This document shows, piece by piece, positions 50,498-60,113 of a DNA stretch of 64,000 nt. Origin of the DNA: an uncultured virus (IMG/VR IMGVR_UViG_3300008116_000198) (taxonomy: Duplodnaviria; Heunggongvirae; Uroviricota; Caudoviricetes); IMG/VR virus record IMGVR_UViG_3300008116_000198. One strand, 5' to 3'. Every line of letters begins with the position of its first letter. Position 1 is the first letter of the stretch. The position numbers were made by a program, and so were the translations under genes. The notes beneath the pieces are model-generated. The model did no database searches. It was not told the origin of the DNA and worked only from the letters and a program-made list of their open reading frames with translations.

Positions 50498-50852
50498 TGT
50501 AATTGATGCATTGGCTCATAGGGTGAAATCAAGATTTTCATCGTCCGATGGGAAATGTGAATACATGGCCCAAGAACTTGTAAAGGAACTAAGAAGCAGA
50601 GGAATAAGAGCGGAGCATGTGATGGGGATATTCACATTGGATGAACCGGGAGCATGGAAATATAGATCGGATGAAGATGAAAATTTGGATGAATATCAAG
50701 TCAATCACGATTGGGTAAATGTTGAAGGAAAAATATTGGATATATCAGCGGACCAATTCAAGAAATATGTTTATGTGAACATACCTGATGTGGTGTATAT
50801 AAGTTACTCTGATCCATTATACAGATATTACGAGGAACTTGGACATGTCTGA
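50463..50852 (+). CDS. putative transglutaminase/papain-like fold protein
   Basis: GKCEYMA ... NHDW ... ILDIS gives the Cys-His-Asp order. Confidence 0.5.
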   Translation: MEKLAKFLPQADVIDALAHRVKSRFSSSDGKCEYMAQELVKELRSRGIRAEHVMGIFTLDEPGAWKYRSDEDENLDEYQVNHDWVNVEGKILDISADQFKKYVYVNIPDVVYISYSDPLYRYYEELGHV

Positions 50853-52491
50853 GGGTAAGACTAAAAATCTCAAAGATGTAATCAGAGAAGAATACATCAA
50901 GTGCGCCAAAGATCCAATATACTTCATGAAGAAGTATGTGAAAATCCAACATCCTACACGCGGCACTTTGCCATTTATCACATACCCATTTCAGGATAAA
51001 GCATTGGAAAACTTTGTTCATCATAACCAAAATATTATTCTTAAAAGCCGCCAAATGGGAATTACAACATTGGTAGCGGGATATAGCATATGGTTGATGA
51101 CGTTTCATAATGACAAACAGATACTTTGCTTGAGTATTACACAAGAAACATCCAAGGCAATTGTAACCAAAGTAAGATTTGCAAACGATAATTTACCAAG
51201 TTGGTTGAAAGTACCAGCAGTTGAAGATAACAGACTATCACTGAAACTAAAGAATGGATCCGAAATTAAAGCAGCAAGTAGTGCTGGTACATCTGGTCGT
51301 TCAAGTGCATTGTCATTGCTCGTAGTAGACGAAGCTGCGTTTATTGATAACATAGAAGAAATTTGGTTATCATCCCAATACACATTATCAACGGGTGGTA
51401 AAGCAATTATCCTATCAACTCCGAATGGCGTAGGTAATTGGTTCCATAAGATGTGGACAGAATCCGAGGAAGGATTGAACAGTATGAATAGAATCAGTCT
51501 TCCTTGGCATCTTCATCCAGAGCGAGATCAAAAATGGAGAGATGAACAAACCAAACTCTCTGGAGAAAGAGGAGCCGCCCAAGAATGTGATTGTGAATTC
51601 AGCACATCTGGTAACACTGTAATTGAAATTCCAATACTTGAATGGTACAGCAAGAATCAAGTAACAGAACCAATTGAAAAACGGGGAATGGATAGAGGCT
51701 ATTGGATATTTAAATATCCAGAAGCTGGAAAATCATATATGGTGAGCGCCGACGTAGCCCGTGGTGATGCATCAGATTATAGCGCCGCTCAAATATTAGA
51801 TATTGAAACAATGGAGCAAGTGGCAGAATATAAAGGAAAATTGCCAACCAAAGAATATGCTCGTGCGCTAATCACAATGGCAACAGAATACAATAATGCA
51901 CTGCTTGTGATAGAAAACGCAAATGTTGGTTGGGCAGTCATACAGGAAGTATTGGACAACAGTTATCCAAATTTGTTTTATAGTTCATCGGATCTTCAAT
52001 ATGTTGATGTCGAAAATCAAATGACCAACAAGATAAATGCGCAAGAAAAGAAGATGACTCCGGGGTTCACCACTTCAAACAAGTCTAAGCCTCTTCTAAT
52101 ATCAAAGCTTGAAAGCTATTTCAGAAATAAGGAAGTTATTATTCATAGTAAAAGATTGGTTGAAGAATTACAAGTGTTTATATGGAAGAGTGGTGCTGTG
52201 TCATCAAAGGCAGAAGCAATGGATGGATATAATGATGACCTTGTTATGTCTTTGGGAATTGGACTTTGGATAAGAGATGTCGCGCTAAGATTAAGAAAAG
52301 ACTCAGAAACTATAACAAGAACCATACTTGATAGAATAGGGTCTACTTCAAATGACCAAGTAAAAGGCAACATGCAATCCTTGTATAGAAATACAAATCC
52401 ATTTGGAACGCAGCCAAACCCGTGGCAAATGAAGGTTGGTGGTCATGGCTCAAGTCAGCAACCAATCGACTTAACATGGTTATTAAAATGA
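50845..52491 (+). CDS. terminase large subunit (T4 gp17-like)
   Basis: LKSRQMGITT, VVDEAAF, STPNG, ADVARG and DDLVMS. Confidence 0.95.
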   Translation: MSEGKTKNLKDVIREEYIKCAKDPIYFMKKYVKIQHPTRGTLPFITYPFQDKALENFVHHNQNIILKSRQMGITTLVAGYSIWLMTFHNDKQILCLSITQETSKAIVTKVRFANDNLPSWLKVPAVEDNRLSLKLKNGSEIKAASSAGTSGRSSALSLLVVDEAAFIDNIEEIWLSSQYTLSTGGKAIILSTPNGVGNWFHKMWTESEEGLNSMNRISLPWHLHPERDQKWRDEQTKLSGERGAAQECDCEFSTSGNTVIEIPILEWYSKNQVTEPIEKRGMDRGYWIFKYPEAGKSYMVSADVARGDASDYSAAQILDIETMEQVAEYKGKLPTKEYARALITMATEYNNALLVIENANVGWAVIQEVLDNSYPNLFYSSSDLQYVDVENQMTNKINAQEKKMTPGFTTSNKSKPLLISKLESYFRNKEVIIHSKRLVEELQVFIWKSGAVSSKAEAMDGYNDDLVMSLGIGLWIRDVALRLRKDSETITRTILDRIGSTSNDQVKGNMQSLYRNTNPFGTQPNPWQMKVGGHGSSQQPIDLTWLLK

Positions 52492-52518
52492 TTATCTTAT
52501 AAAAATATAACGAGTATA

Positions 52519-52526
52519 TATTTATA
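52519..52526 (+). promoter_or_regulatory. TATTTATA putative late promoter
   Basis: Intergenic, upstream of the portal gene. Confidence 0.55.
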
Positions 52527-52555
52527 CTTTAGGCGCTCATATATATACAATACTT

Positions 52556-54469
52556 ATGGCTGATCAAAAAGACTTATTTAGTAGACTGAAAAAGATGTTC
52601 TCTACGGACGTTATTGTTCGTAATGTGGGCGGAAAGAAAATCAAAGTTGTAGACACAGATGAAATACAATACGCAACAGACAGAAATAGTTTGCGCGACC
52701 GTTTTAATCGCTTAAGAAGTTCAACATATAATCTTCATAATCGCGATTTGAGCATGGCATATCAGTCAAGCCGTCTTGAGTTATTCAGAGATTATGATGT
52801 AATGGACATGGATCCTATCATTGCATCTGCATTGGATATTTATAGCGATGAATGCCTTGTACCAAGTGAGTTTGGTAATGTTCTTACTATTCGATCCAAG
52901 AATGAAAATATCAAGCGCATTCTTCATAATTTGTTTTATGACATAATGAATGTTGAGTTCAACATGTGGAGTTGGACTCGTAACATGTGCAAATATGGAG
53001 ATTTCTTTTTGCGCATGGAAATATCTCCCGAGTATGGTGTGTATCTTGTTCATCCAATCAGTCCATATGAAATCACACGCATAGAAGGTAGTGATCCAAA
53101 GAACATCAATTATGTAAAATACCAACATGATGGTGTTGGCGGCGGAATGGAATATGAAAATTTTGAAATCGCACACTTTAGACTTTTGAGCGACAGCAAT
53201 TTTCTTCCATATGGAAAATCGATGGTTGAACCAGCACGCCGTGTATGGAAGCAATTGAGCTTAATGGAAGATGCCATGCTTATTCATCGTATCATGCGTG
53301 CACCAGAAAAGAGAATATTCTCAATTGACGTTGGCAATATTCCTCCTGCTGATATTGACACGGCGATGCAAAAAATCATCAGCCAAGTCAAGAAAGTTCC
53401 ATACATTGATGAGAAAACAGGAGATTATAATCTAAGATTCAATCTTAACAACATGATTGAAGACTTTTATCTGCCTGTTCGTGGCAGTGACAGTGGAACA
53501 AAGATCGATACGTTGCCGGGAATGGAATTCACTGGTATTGATGATCTTGAGTATATTAGAAACAAAATGATGGCCGCACTCAAGATTCCAAAGGCGTTTC
53601 TTGGATATGAAGAAGGATTAAGTGGCAAAGCGACACTTGCGGCGGAAGATGTAAGATTTGCTCGTACTATTGGGCGCATTCAGCGCATTCTTATTTCCGA
53701 ATTAACCAAAATTGCAATTGTTCATTTGTATGTTCAAGGATATCAAGATGCATCTCTTGTTGACTTTGAATTGGAACTAAGTAATCCAAGCACAATCTTT
53801 GAACAAGAAAAATTGGAAATTTGGCAAAATAAAATCAATCTTGCATCGGATATGAAAGATAGCAATATGTTTAGCAAGACATGGATGTATAACAATATAT
53901 TCAATATGTCAGATGTTGACATTGAAACATTGCAGAATGAGGTTGTTGGTGATAAAAAAGAAGAATGGAGACTGCAACAAATTACTGATGAGGGCAGCGA
54001 TCCTGCGTTTGCAACTGGTGGAGGTGAAGGTGCTACTGGTGGAGGTGGTGCAGCACCTGAACTTGGTGGCGGTGAAGGCGGTGGGGCGGAGGCTGGTGGA
54101 GAAGCTGGTGGATTGCCTCCGCTTGAAGAAGAACAAAAAGCCGACGAAGCCATTATTGACGAAGAAACAAGAAAAGATCGTGAACGTGGAAATCGCGATC
54201 AAACAGGAAACAAGGAAAAATATACATCTTCGCACACCAAAAACTTTGGGGAAGATCCTCTTGGTAACAAAGAAAACAAAGAAAAATCAAAAACAGAACG
54301 CAGAACTCGTCATATATACAGAAGCTCTGGATTGTCTTTAGAAGAAGATTTGAAGAATATAAAAAACTCCTTGAAAAGCAAGCATGTTAATAAACAAAGA
54401 AAGGTAATTGTAGAAGGAAAATCCATATTAGATGAATCCAATATCATTGAAGAGGATAAACCTCTCTAA
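52556..54469 (+). CDS. portal protein (T4 gp20-like)
   Basis: LMEDAMLIHRIMRAPEKRIFSIDVGN, EDFYLPVR and IDTLPG; Gly/Glu-rich tail. Confidence 0.95.
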   Translation: MADQKDLFSRLKKMFSTDVIVRNVGGKKIKVVDTDEIQYATDRNSLRDRFNRLRSSTYNLHNRDLSMAYQSSRLELFRDYDVMDMDPIIASALDIYSDECLVPSEFGNVLTIRSKNENIKRILHNLFYDIMNVEFNMWSWTRNMCKYGDFFLRMEISPEYGVYLVHPISPYEITRIEGSDPKNINYVKYQHDGVGGGMEYENFEIAHFRLLSDSNFLPYGKSMVEPARRVWKQLSLMEDAMLIHRIMRAPEKRIFSIDVGNIPPADIDTAMQKIISQVKKVPYIDEKTGDYNLRFNLNNMIEDFYLPVRGSDSGTKIDTLPGMEFTGIDDLEYIRNKMMAALKIPKAFLGYEEGLSGKATLAAEDVRFARTIGRIQRILISELTKIAIVHLYVQGYQDASLVDFELELSNPSTIFEQEKLEIWQNKINLASDMKDSNMFSKTWMYNNIFNMSDVDIETLQNEVVGDKKEEWRLQQITDEGSDPAFATGGGEGATGGGGAAPELGGGEGGGAEAGGEAGGLPPLEEEQKADEAIIDEETRKDRERGNRDQTGNKEKYTSSHTKNFGEDPLGNKENKEKSKTERRTRHIYRSSGLSLEEDLKNIKNSLKSKHVNKQRKVIVEGKSILDESNIIEEDKPL

Positions 54470-54496
54470 AATTGGGGTTTTTATCAACCATGCTCA

Positions 54497-54504
54497 TATT
54501 TATA
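54497..54504 (+). promoter_or_regulatory. TATTTATA putative late promoter
   Basis: Intergenic, upstream of ATG 54519. Confidence 0.55.
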
Positions 54505-54518
54505 AATAATAAAATTGT

Positions 54519-55394
54519 ATGAAGAAGCTGAAACACTCTAAGTATAAGAATGCAGGTATATTATTCGAATTGTTGGTGCGTCAAGTTACTGCCGACATTC
54601 TTAACGGCCAAGAGGACTCTAAAGCAAATGGAATTCTTCGTAAGTATTTCAGCGAGTCAACAGAACTTGGTAGAGAAAATAGATTATATAGAATCATTTT
54701 GGAAGAAAAAGCCAAGGATACATCAGCCGCCGACAGACTTCTTGAAACAATATTGCGCACCAGAAAAAAGCTTGATGAAAAAGCACTTAATGTTCAAAAA
54801 TATAATTTGGTAAAAGAGATCAGTGAAAACTATCCAATTGAAGACTTTTTGAAGGGTAGTATCAACAATTACAAGCTTCTTGCCAGCATATACAAGGTTT
54901 TTGATGAAAGTGTAAATGAAGTTGTTTGTGATCCACGCGAAATTTTCCAAGCTCGCAGCTGCATTGTTGAAAGCATCATATCCAACAAGACACCAACTCG
55001 TCTTGTAAGTGAAGATGAAAAGAAGGATCTTATCAAGGTATATCAGCAGCAAAATGAAGACGTTCGTCTTCTTGCATACAAGCTTCTTGTTGATTCATTC
55101 AATGAAAAGTACAAGGGATTGGACGATAAACAAAAAGTTCTTATTCGCGAATATATCAATAATGTAAGCAACACAAATTCATTGCGTGAATATATCAATG
55201 CCGAAGTTCCATTTGTTCGTGCGCAGATAATGGAATTGAAGAGTAAGGTTGATAATGATGTTATCAAGATCAAGCTTGATGAAACACTCAATCAATTGGA
55301 CAAGATCACCAAGGGAACACTTGTGAAGGAAAATCAAATCATGGCAATGCTACTCAGCTATGAACTTATTAAAGAATTAAAAAACCTAAAATAA
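54519..55394 (+). CDS. head-region hypothetical protein
   Basis: 291-aa helical ORF directly after the portal gene. Confidence 0.8.
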   Translation: MKKLKHSKYKNAGILFELLVRQVTADILNGQEDSKANGILRKYFSESTELGRENRLYRIILEEKAKDTSAADRLLETILRTRKKLDEKALNVQKYNLVKEISENYPIEDFLKGSINNYKLLASIYKVFDESVNEVVCDPREIFQARSCIVESIISNKTPTRLVSEDEKKDLIKVYQQQNEDVRLLAYKLLVDSFNEKYKGLDDKQKVLIREYINNVSNTNSLREYINAEVPFVRAQIMELKSKVDNDVIKIKLDETLNQLDKITKGTLVKENQIMAMLLSYELIKELKNLK

Positions 55395-55401
55395 TACACA
55401 T

Positions 55402-55719
55402 ATGACACGCAACGAACTCAAACAAATCATTAGAGAAACAATTGAAGGTGTTCAGGCAGAAGCTGCCAAAGTTTCACCGTCTGGTACAACATATACTTTC
55501 AATCAACTTAACAAATTGCTAAGAGCAAACAAAATCATTGTATTTATTAAGTCCACGTATGATCAAGGACTCATTCAGATTGATAATGAAGACGGATTTT
55601 TCATGGACGAAGGTGATGATGGTGATCAAGCAGTACATGCTGCTGGGGGAGGTTACAAGTATGAATTTGGTGCAGACTTTGAAGAAGTATATGTTGCTCA
55701 AAAAGTGAATCTTAAATAA
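55402..55719 (+). CDS. hypothetical protein with a MTRNELKQIIRETIE leader
   Basis: Leader shared with 30490. Confidence 0.75.
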   Translation: MTRNELKQIIRETIEGVQAEAAKVSPSGTTYTFNQLNKLLRANKIIVFIKSTYDQGLIQIDNEDGFFMDEGDDGDQAVHAAGGGYKYEFGADFEEVYVAQKVNLK

Positions 55720-56210
55720 TGAAAGATACCAAACAAATCATTCGTGAACTTGTTGAAGAAGTCATAGAAGAAATGACAGCAACTGGTGCTGTTGCTGGTT
55801 ATATGACTCCAGCGGCATTTCGTGGTCACAAGAGCAAAAAGAAGTCAGCTGAAAAATCAATGCCGGGAGGCAAAGTTGTTGGTAAAGAAGATACGGATGA
55901 TACCACAGTAGGTGAAGGTGAAACACTTACACTTCGTCGTGATGCACACATAATGGAAGCTCGCAGTCGCTATCGCAATTTCAAAGAAAGCGACATGATG
56001 AAAAATCATGCCAAGATTTCATACGGTATTAATCAAGCCAAGAAAATGCTTGGTGAAGTTGAATATCTGGTTGGAATCTGTGAAAGATTGAAGACAGAAT
56101 GTGGATATAGCACAAATAATTTGTGGGCACGTACTCAACCAGACATGAAAGAAATCCACAATCGTCTGAAGGAAATCGCCAAACGAATCAACAGAATGGG
56201 AAAACAATAA
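55719..56210 (+). CDS. head-region hypothetical protein
   Basis: KQIIRELVEEVIEE leader; TGAVAGYMTPAAF. Confidence 0.75.
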   Translation: MKDTKQIIRELVEEVIEEMTATGAVAGYMTPAAFRGHKSKKKSAEKSMPGGKVVGKEDTDDTTVGEGETLTLRRDAHIMEARSRYRNFKESDMMKNHAKISYGINQAKKMLGEVEYLVGICERLKTECGYSTNNLWARTQPDMKEIHNRLKEIAKRINRMGKQ

Positions 56211-56214
56211 GACT

Positions 56215-56730
56215 ATGAATCTAACCGACATTGCCAAGAAAATAATCAATGAAGACAGTTGGGGCACATTTCCATCTGCTGGTGGAAGCATGGCACCCGG
56301 TCGTTCTCCTACCGCAGTGTCTCCGGGACCAACCGCCAAAAGAGTTGACATTTCAAATCTTTACAAGAATTTCAAACTTGAGTTGGAAAAGCAAGAAGAT
56401 GCACTCATTCAAAAATTTGAAGCTGATCTTAAAAAGAGCTTTTTGAAGAAAGTTGTAACTGTAAAAGCATCCAAGGGATCTGTTGGCCAAATTGAAAAGG
56501 AATATAATGTTACTGTCAACAACATTGATGTTCGTTATATGAAAGACAAATATTATGTTGTGTTCACTGGTAAAGAAGGTAACGCATCTGAAAGTGAATA
56601 TTACTTGGACGATTCTATCATAACTGTGGATGATTCACCTGCTTCAATTTCAACCGTTGGAAGAACAGGTGGCATGTCAGTCCCAGAAGATGGCACCGCT
56701 GGAAAGAAAAACATCTTACCTCAAGGATAA
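56215..56730 (+). CDS. head-region hypothetical protein
   Basis: MNLTDIAKKIINE leader. Confidence 0.75.
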   Translation: MNLTDIAKKIINEDSWGTFPSAGGSMAPGRSPTAVSPGPTAKRVDISNLYKNFKLELEKQEDALIQKFEADLKKSFLKKVVTVKASKGSVGQIEKEYNVTVNNIDVRYMKDKYYVVFTGKEGNASESEYYLDDSIITVDDSPASISTVGRTGGMSVPEDGTAGKKNILPQG

Positions 56731-56739
56731 TACAAACAT

Positions 56740-57366
56740 ATGAGCAAGCAACTACTAGTCGATTTTATTCCATTTGAGATTTCTCCTCAATTGTTAAGTG
56801 AAGCCAAAGCAAATCCAAATGCACCATTGGTATTAAAGGGACCATTGCAGAAGGCTGGAGAAAAGAACCATAACGGTCGTGTATATCCACGCGAAGTATT
56901 GGAACGTGAAGTTGAAAAGTATCAGCAAATCATCAAGGAACGTCGCGCACTTGGTGAACTTGATCACCCAGACAGTTCAGTCATCAATCTTAAGAATGTA
57001 TGTCACAATGTAACAGAGTGCCATTGGGAAGGCGATACTGTTGTTGGTACAATTGAAATTCTTACTACACCAAGCGGTAACATTGCTCGCGATCTTATTC
57101 GTAACAATATCCGCATTGGTATCAGCAGTCGTGGATTGGGCAGTGTTCGTCAAATGAACGAAAATACAGTTGAGGTTCAAGATGACTTTGAACTACTTTG
57201 CTTTGACCTTGTATCTTCGCCTTCAACACGCGGTGCATATATGAATCTTGCCGAAGGAATCAATCGTGACAAACAATTGATTGGTGGTACACAAGATCGT
57301 AAAGACATCAACAAGTATTTGAACATTGAAAATATCATTCGTGATATTCTTTCGGAAACACGTTGA
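56740..57366 (+). CDS. prohead protease (T4 gp21-like)
   Basis: NHNGRVYP, ALGELDHP, GISSRGLGS and FDLVSSPS. Confidence 0.95.
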   Translation: MSKQLLVDFIPFEISPQLLSEAKANPNAPLVLKGPLQKAGEKNHNGRVYPREVLEREVEKYQQIIKERRALGELDHPDSSVINLKNVCHNVTECHWEGDTVVGTIEILTTPSGNIARDLIRNNIRIGISSRGLGSVRQMNENTVEVQDDFELLCFDLVSSPSTRGAYMNLAEGINRDKQLIGGTQDRKDINKYLNIENIIRDILSETR

Positions 57367-57370
57367 CATT

Positions 57371-57634
57371 ATGAAAATCAAACTAAGCGAAATTGCAAAG
57401 AAAGTAATGGAAACAAACAGACCTGCACCAATCATGCTGAATGGAAAGCAAGTTGAAATGGGCTCAATCGAACTTGCGGACGTTGATCCAAGAGATTTTC
57501 CAGATTTTTCAGATGCGTATATCTCACACGCCGAGTATGTTGATGGAACTCCATTGACAGCTCAGGAAATTGAGCAGTTGGAAAAAGAAAATTATGGGTT
57601 GGTCAATGATCTGGCTCACGGTAACATTTTCTAA
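57371..57634 (+). CDS. hypothetical protein
   Basis: MKIKLSEIAKKVME leader; DPRDFPDFSDAYI. Confidence 0.75.
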   Translation: MKIKLSEIAKKVMETNRPAPIMLNGKQVEMGSIELADVDPRDFPDFSDAYISHAEYVDGTPLTAQEIEQLEKENYGLVNDLAHGNIF

Positions 57635-57658
57635 CAAGTTGATATATATTTATAAAAC

Positions 57659-58227
57659 ATGAACAACAAGATAACCAATCCACTTCTTAAGCAACTTATT
57701 TCTGAAATTGCTTGGGTGATATACTTGGTGGAGAAGGTGGCGGTGAAGGCGAAAAGCAAGCGGTACCATCAGCCGCTCCATCAGCTGCACCAAAGGCACA
57801 GGCAAGTAAAGACGCTGCAACTGCTCCTTCGACGGATGCTGCTGCCGATGAAGCTGGTGCAGAAGATCCAAAAGAACTAGAAGCCGACGCCGCTAAGAAA
57901 AAAGCAGAGGTTGAAAAAGCAAAAGCTGATCTTAAAAAGGCAGAAGATGAGCTTGAACAAAATGCATATATCAAATTGAAGTCAGACAGCGGCGTCAAAT
58001 ATATGATTGGAAAAATTATTGGACAATCATTCAAAACAAATACCATAGATGCGTTGGCATCTGAAATGGCGCAAAAATTGAAAATAACAACTCCAAATGA
58101 TGCAGATTTGTTTGAAAAAGATATGGCATTGTATAAAAGCATTCCCGGAATGGTTGAACTAATTGCAGCCATAAAAGAATTGGCCGTGGAAGAACCAAAA
58201 TCTTCAGAAGAAAAATCTCCAGAATAA
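57659..58227 (+). pseudogene. head-region protein, apparently frameshifted near 57711
   Basis: Promoter motif ends 4 nt before ATG 57659; LLKQLISEIA leader in one frame, acidic/Ala-rich body (57712..58227) in another. Confidence 0.55.
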
Positions 58228-58238
58228 AATATCAATTT

Positions 58239-58691
58239 ATGAATACATTGAAACTAAGACCACTTATCGAAAATTTTCAAGCTCCTTCAGAAGCTCCAAA
58301 AAAAGAATGGACCAGTGAATTAAAGAAAGCTGCATTGGAAAATATTGGTTGTTACAATGAATATGCTCAACATCTTCATCGCGAACAAAGTTTAATGGAA
58401 ATATCACATAAGCTTTCTGAAATTGTAAAGAATGCCGAAGAACTTGCATTGCACGAAACAGAAAAATCATCTACCGACGGTAAACATTGGTTTGATGAGC
58501 AAACAGTAAGAAAAAATTTCGCAAACATGACCAAGGCTATTCAAGAATTCAACAAGTATGCAAAAGAAGCACACATTCTTGAACAAAGAATGCAAGCAAC
58601 ATACGAAGATATTGGTCATTTACTCGAACGTTATTACGAAGTAAAGAACCTTCAAGAAGGTCAGTCCGCAGTTAGCAAAATAGCAAAATAA
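58239..58691 (+). CDS. head-region hypothetical protein
   Basis: MNTLKLRPLIE leader; WFD and YEDIGHLLERYYE. Confidence 0.75.
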   Translation: MNTLKLRPLIENFQAPSEAPKKEWTSELKKAALENIGCYNEYAQHLHREQSLMEISHKLSEIVKNAEELALHETEKSSTDGKHWFDEQTVRKNFANMTKAIQEFNKYAKEAHILEQRMQATYEDIGHLLERYYEVKNLQEGQSAVSKIAK

Positions 58692-58833
58692 TAAAAATAT
58701 AAAATATTTTGTATTTTTCGTAAATACATATATATTTATTTATTATAAAATGCATCATTATTTGATGCTTAGTCGGAATAAAACAATTTCTTGAAACTCT
58801 TAATAGTTTCATCAACAAAAGGATAAAACTATT

Positions 58834-60081
58834 ATGTCAGATCTACTAAAACAAGCAATTGCCGACGCTAAAGCCGTCCGCGCAACTGCACTATCAAATG
58901 CAAAAGCTGCTCTAGAAGAGCACTTTGCACCAAAACTACAAAGCATGCTATCTGAAAAACTAGCTGCTGAGATGGCAGAAGAAGAAGCTGCTGCTCCAGA
59001 AGCTGTTGCTGCTCCAGAAGCAACACCAGCCGATGCCGCAGTTGCTCCTGCTCCAGAAGCTGCTCCTGCTCCAGAAGCTGCTCCTGCTCCAGCAGCAGAA
59101 GCTCCAGTTGAAGAACCAGCACCTGCACTAGAAGAAGAAGAAATTGAAGAATATCAAACTCTAGGCTCAGGACATCCTGACCCAGTTGAGAAGAGTGCTG
59201 CATTGGAAGAAGTAAAGAAAGCATCTTCAAATTACAAGGCAAAAACCAAGGGACACAAGACCGAAGATCATGGTCAAGAAGTTGTTGACGCAACAAAGTT
59301 GTCAACCGCAGGTGAACCAAAGGCAGCTGCCGACAGCCACAAAGCATCACCTGATTATACAAAGGTGACCGCTGGACACAAAACAGAAGATCCTCAAGGC
59401 GCTTCAAATGAAGTTGTCAAATTGGAAGAATCCGATGAAATTACAGAAGAATCATTGGATGAAATCCTAAAGGAACTTGAAAATTCAGTCAATGAAGTTG
59501 GTGGTATGGAAGAAATGGCCGCTCCTATGGAAGCAGCCGCTCCAGAAGCCAAAGAAGAAGTTGACGAAGTAATCAACCTAGATGAACTTCTATCCGAAGA
59601 AAAGGAAGAAGGCAAAAAGGAAGAAAAAGAAGAAGACGAAAAGGAAGAAGCCAACGAGTCCATCGTCAAAGAAAATCTTTCGTTGAAGAAGGAAATTGAA
59701 GAATACCGTAGCGGAATTGAATTTCTACGGAACCAGATCAATGAAATTAACCTGCTCAATGCCAAGTTGCTCTACACGAACAAGCTGTTCAAGGGAGCTA
59801 ACCTAAGCAATGAACAGAAACTGAAAGTAATCGAATCATTTGACCTCACAAAGTCCGTTCGTGAAGCCAAACTCGTTTATGCTACACTAGCAGAATCCAT
59901 CAATAGCGGTGCTAAGAAAGTTGAAACTCCTGTAAAGAAGTCTTCAACCGTCAAAAACATCACCGAGGGATTGGCCAGTAAGCCAGTTGCATCGACAAAA
60001 CCAACAACAGCCGCTGTTCTTACAGAAGGTGCCGACATGGCAAACCGCTTTAAGAAATTGGCCGGTATTCGTAGCAAGTAA
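58834..60081 (+). CDS. prohead core/scaffolding protein
   Basis: Acidic, Ala/Glu/Pro-rich, coiled coil, ends RFKKLAGI; immediately precedes the capsid gene. Confidence 0.85.
   Translation: MSDLLKQAIADAKAVRATALSNAKAALEEHFAPKLQSMLSEKLAAEMAEEEAAAPEAVAAPEATPADAAVAPAPEAAPAPEAAPAPAAEAPVEEPAPALEEEEIEEYQTLGSGHPDPVEKSAALEEVKKASSNYKAKTKGHKTEDHGQEVVDATKLSTAGEPKAAADSHKASPDYTKVTAGHKTEDPQGASNEVVKLEESDEITEESLDEILKELENSVNEVGGMEEMAAPMEAAAPEAKEEVDEVINLDELLSEEKEEGKKEEKEEDEKEEANESIVKENLSLKKEIEEYRSGIEFLRNQINEINLLNAKLLYTNKLFKGANLSNEQKLKVIESFDLTKSVREAKLVYATLAESINSGAKKVETPVKKSSTVKNITEGLASKPVASTKPTTAAVLTEGADMANRFKKLAGIRSK
58988..59106 (+). repeat. coding repeat encoding (A)PEAAPA units
   Basis: gctcctgctccagaagct tandem units. 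Confidence 0.75.
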
Positions 60082-60113
60082 AAATCAACAATCAACCTTA
60101 ACAAGGAAAAAAT

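Noticed and set aside
50845..54469. Inteins or introns in terminase or portal
   Set aside because: Lengths and motif spacing are ordinary, with no splice-junction or homing-endonuclease motifs
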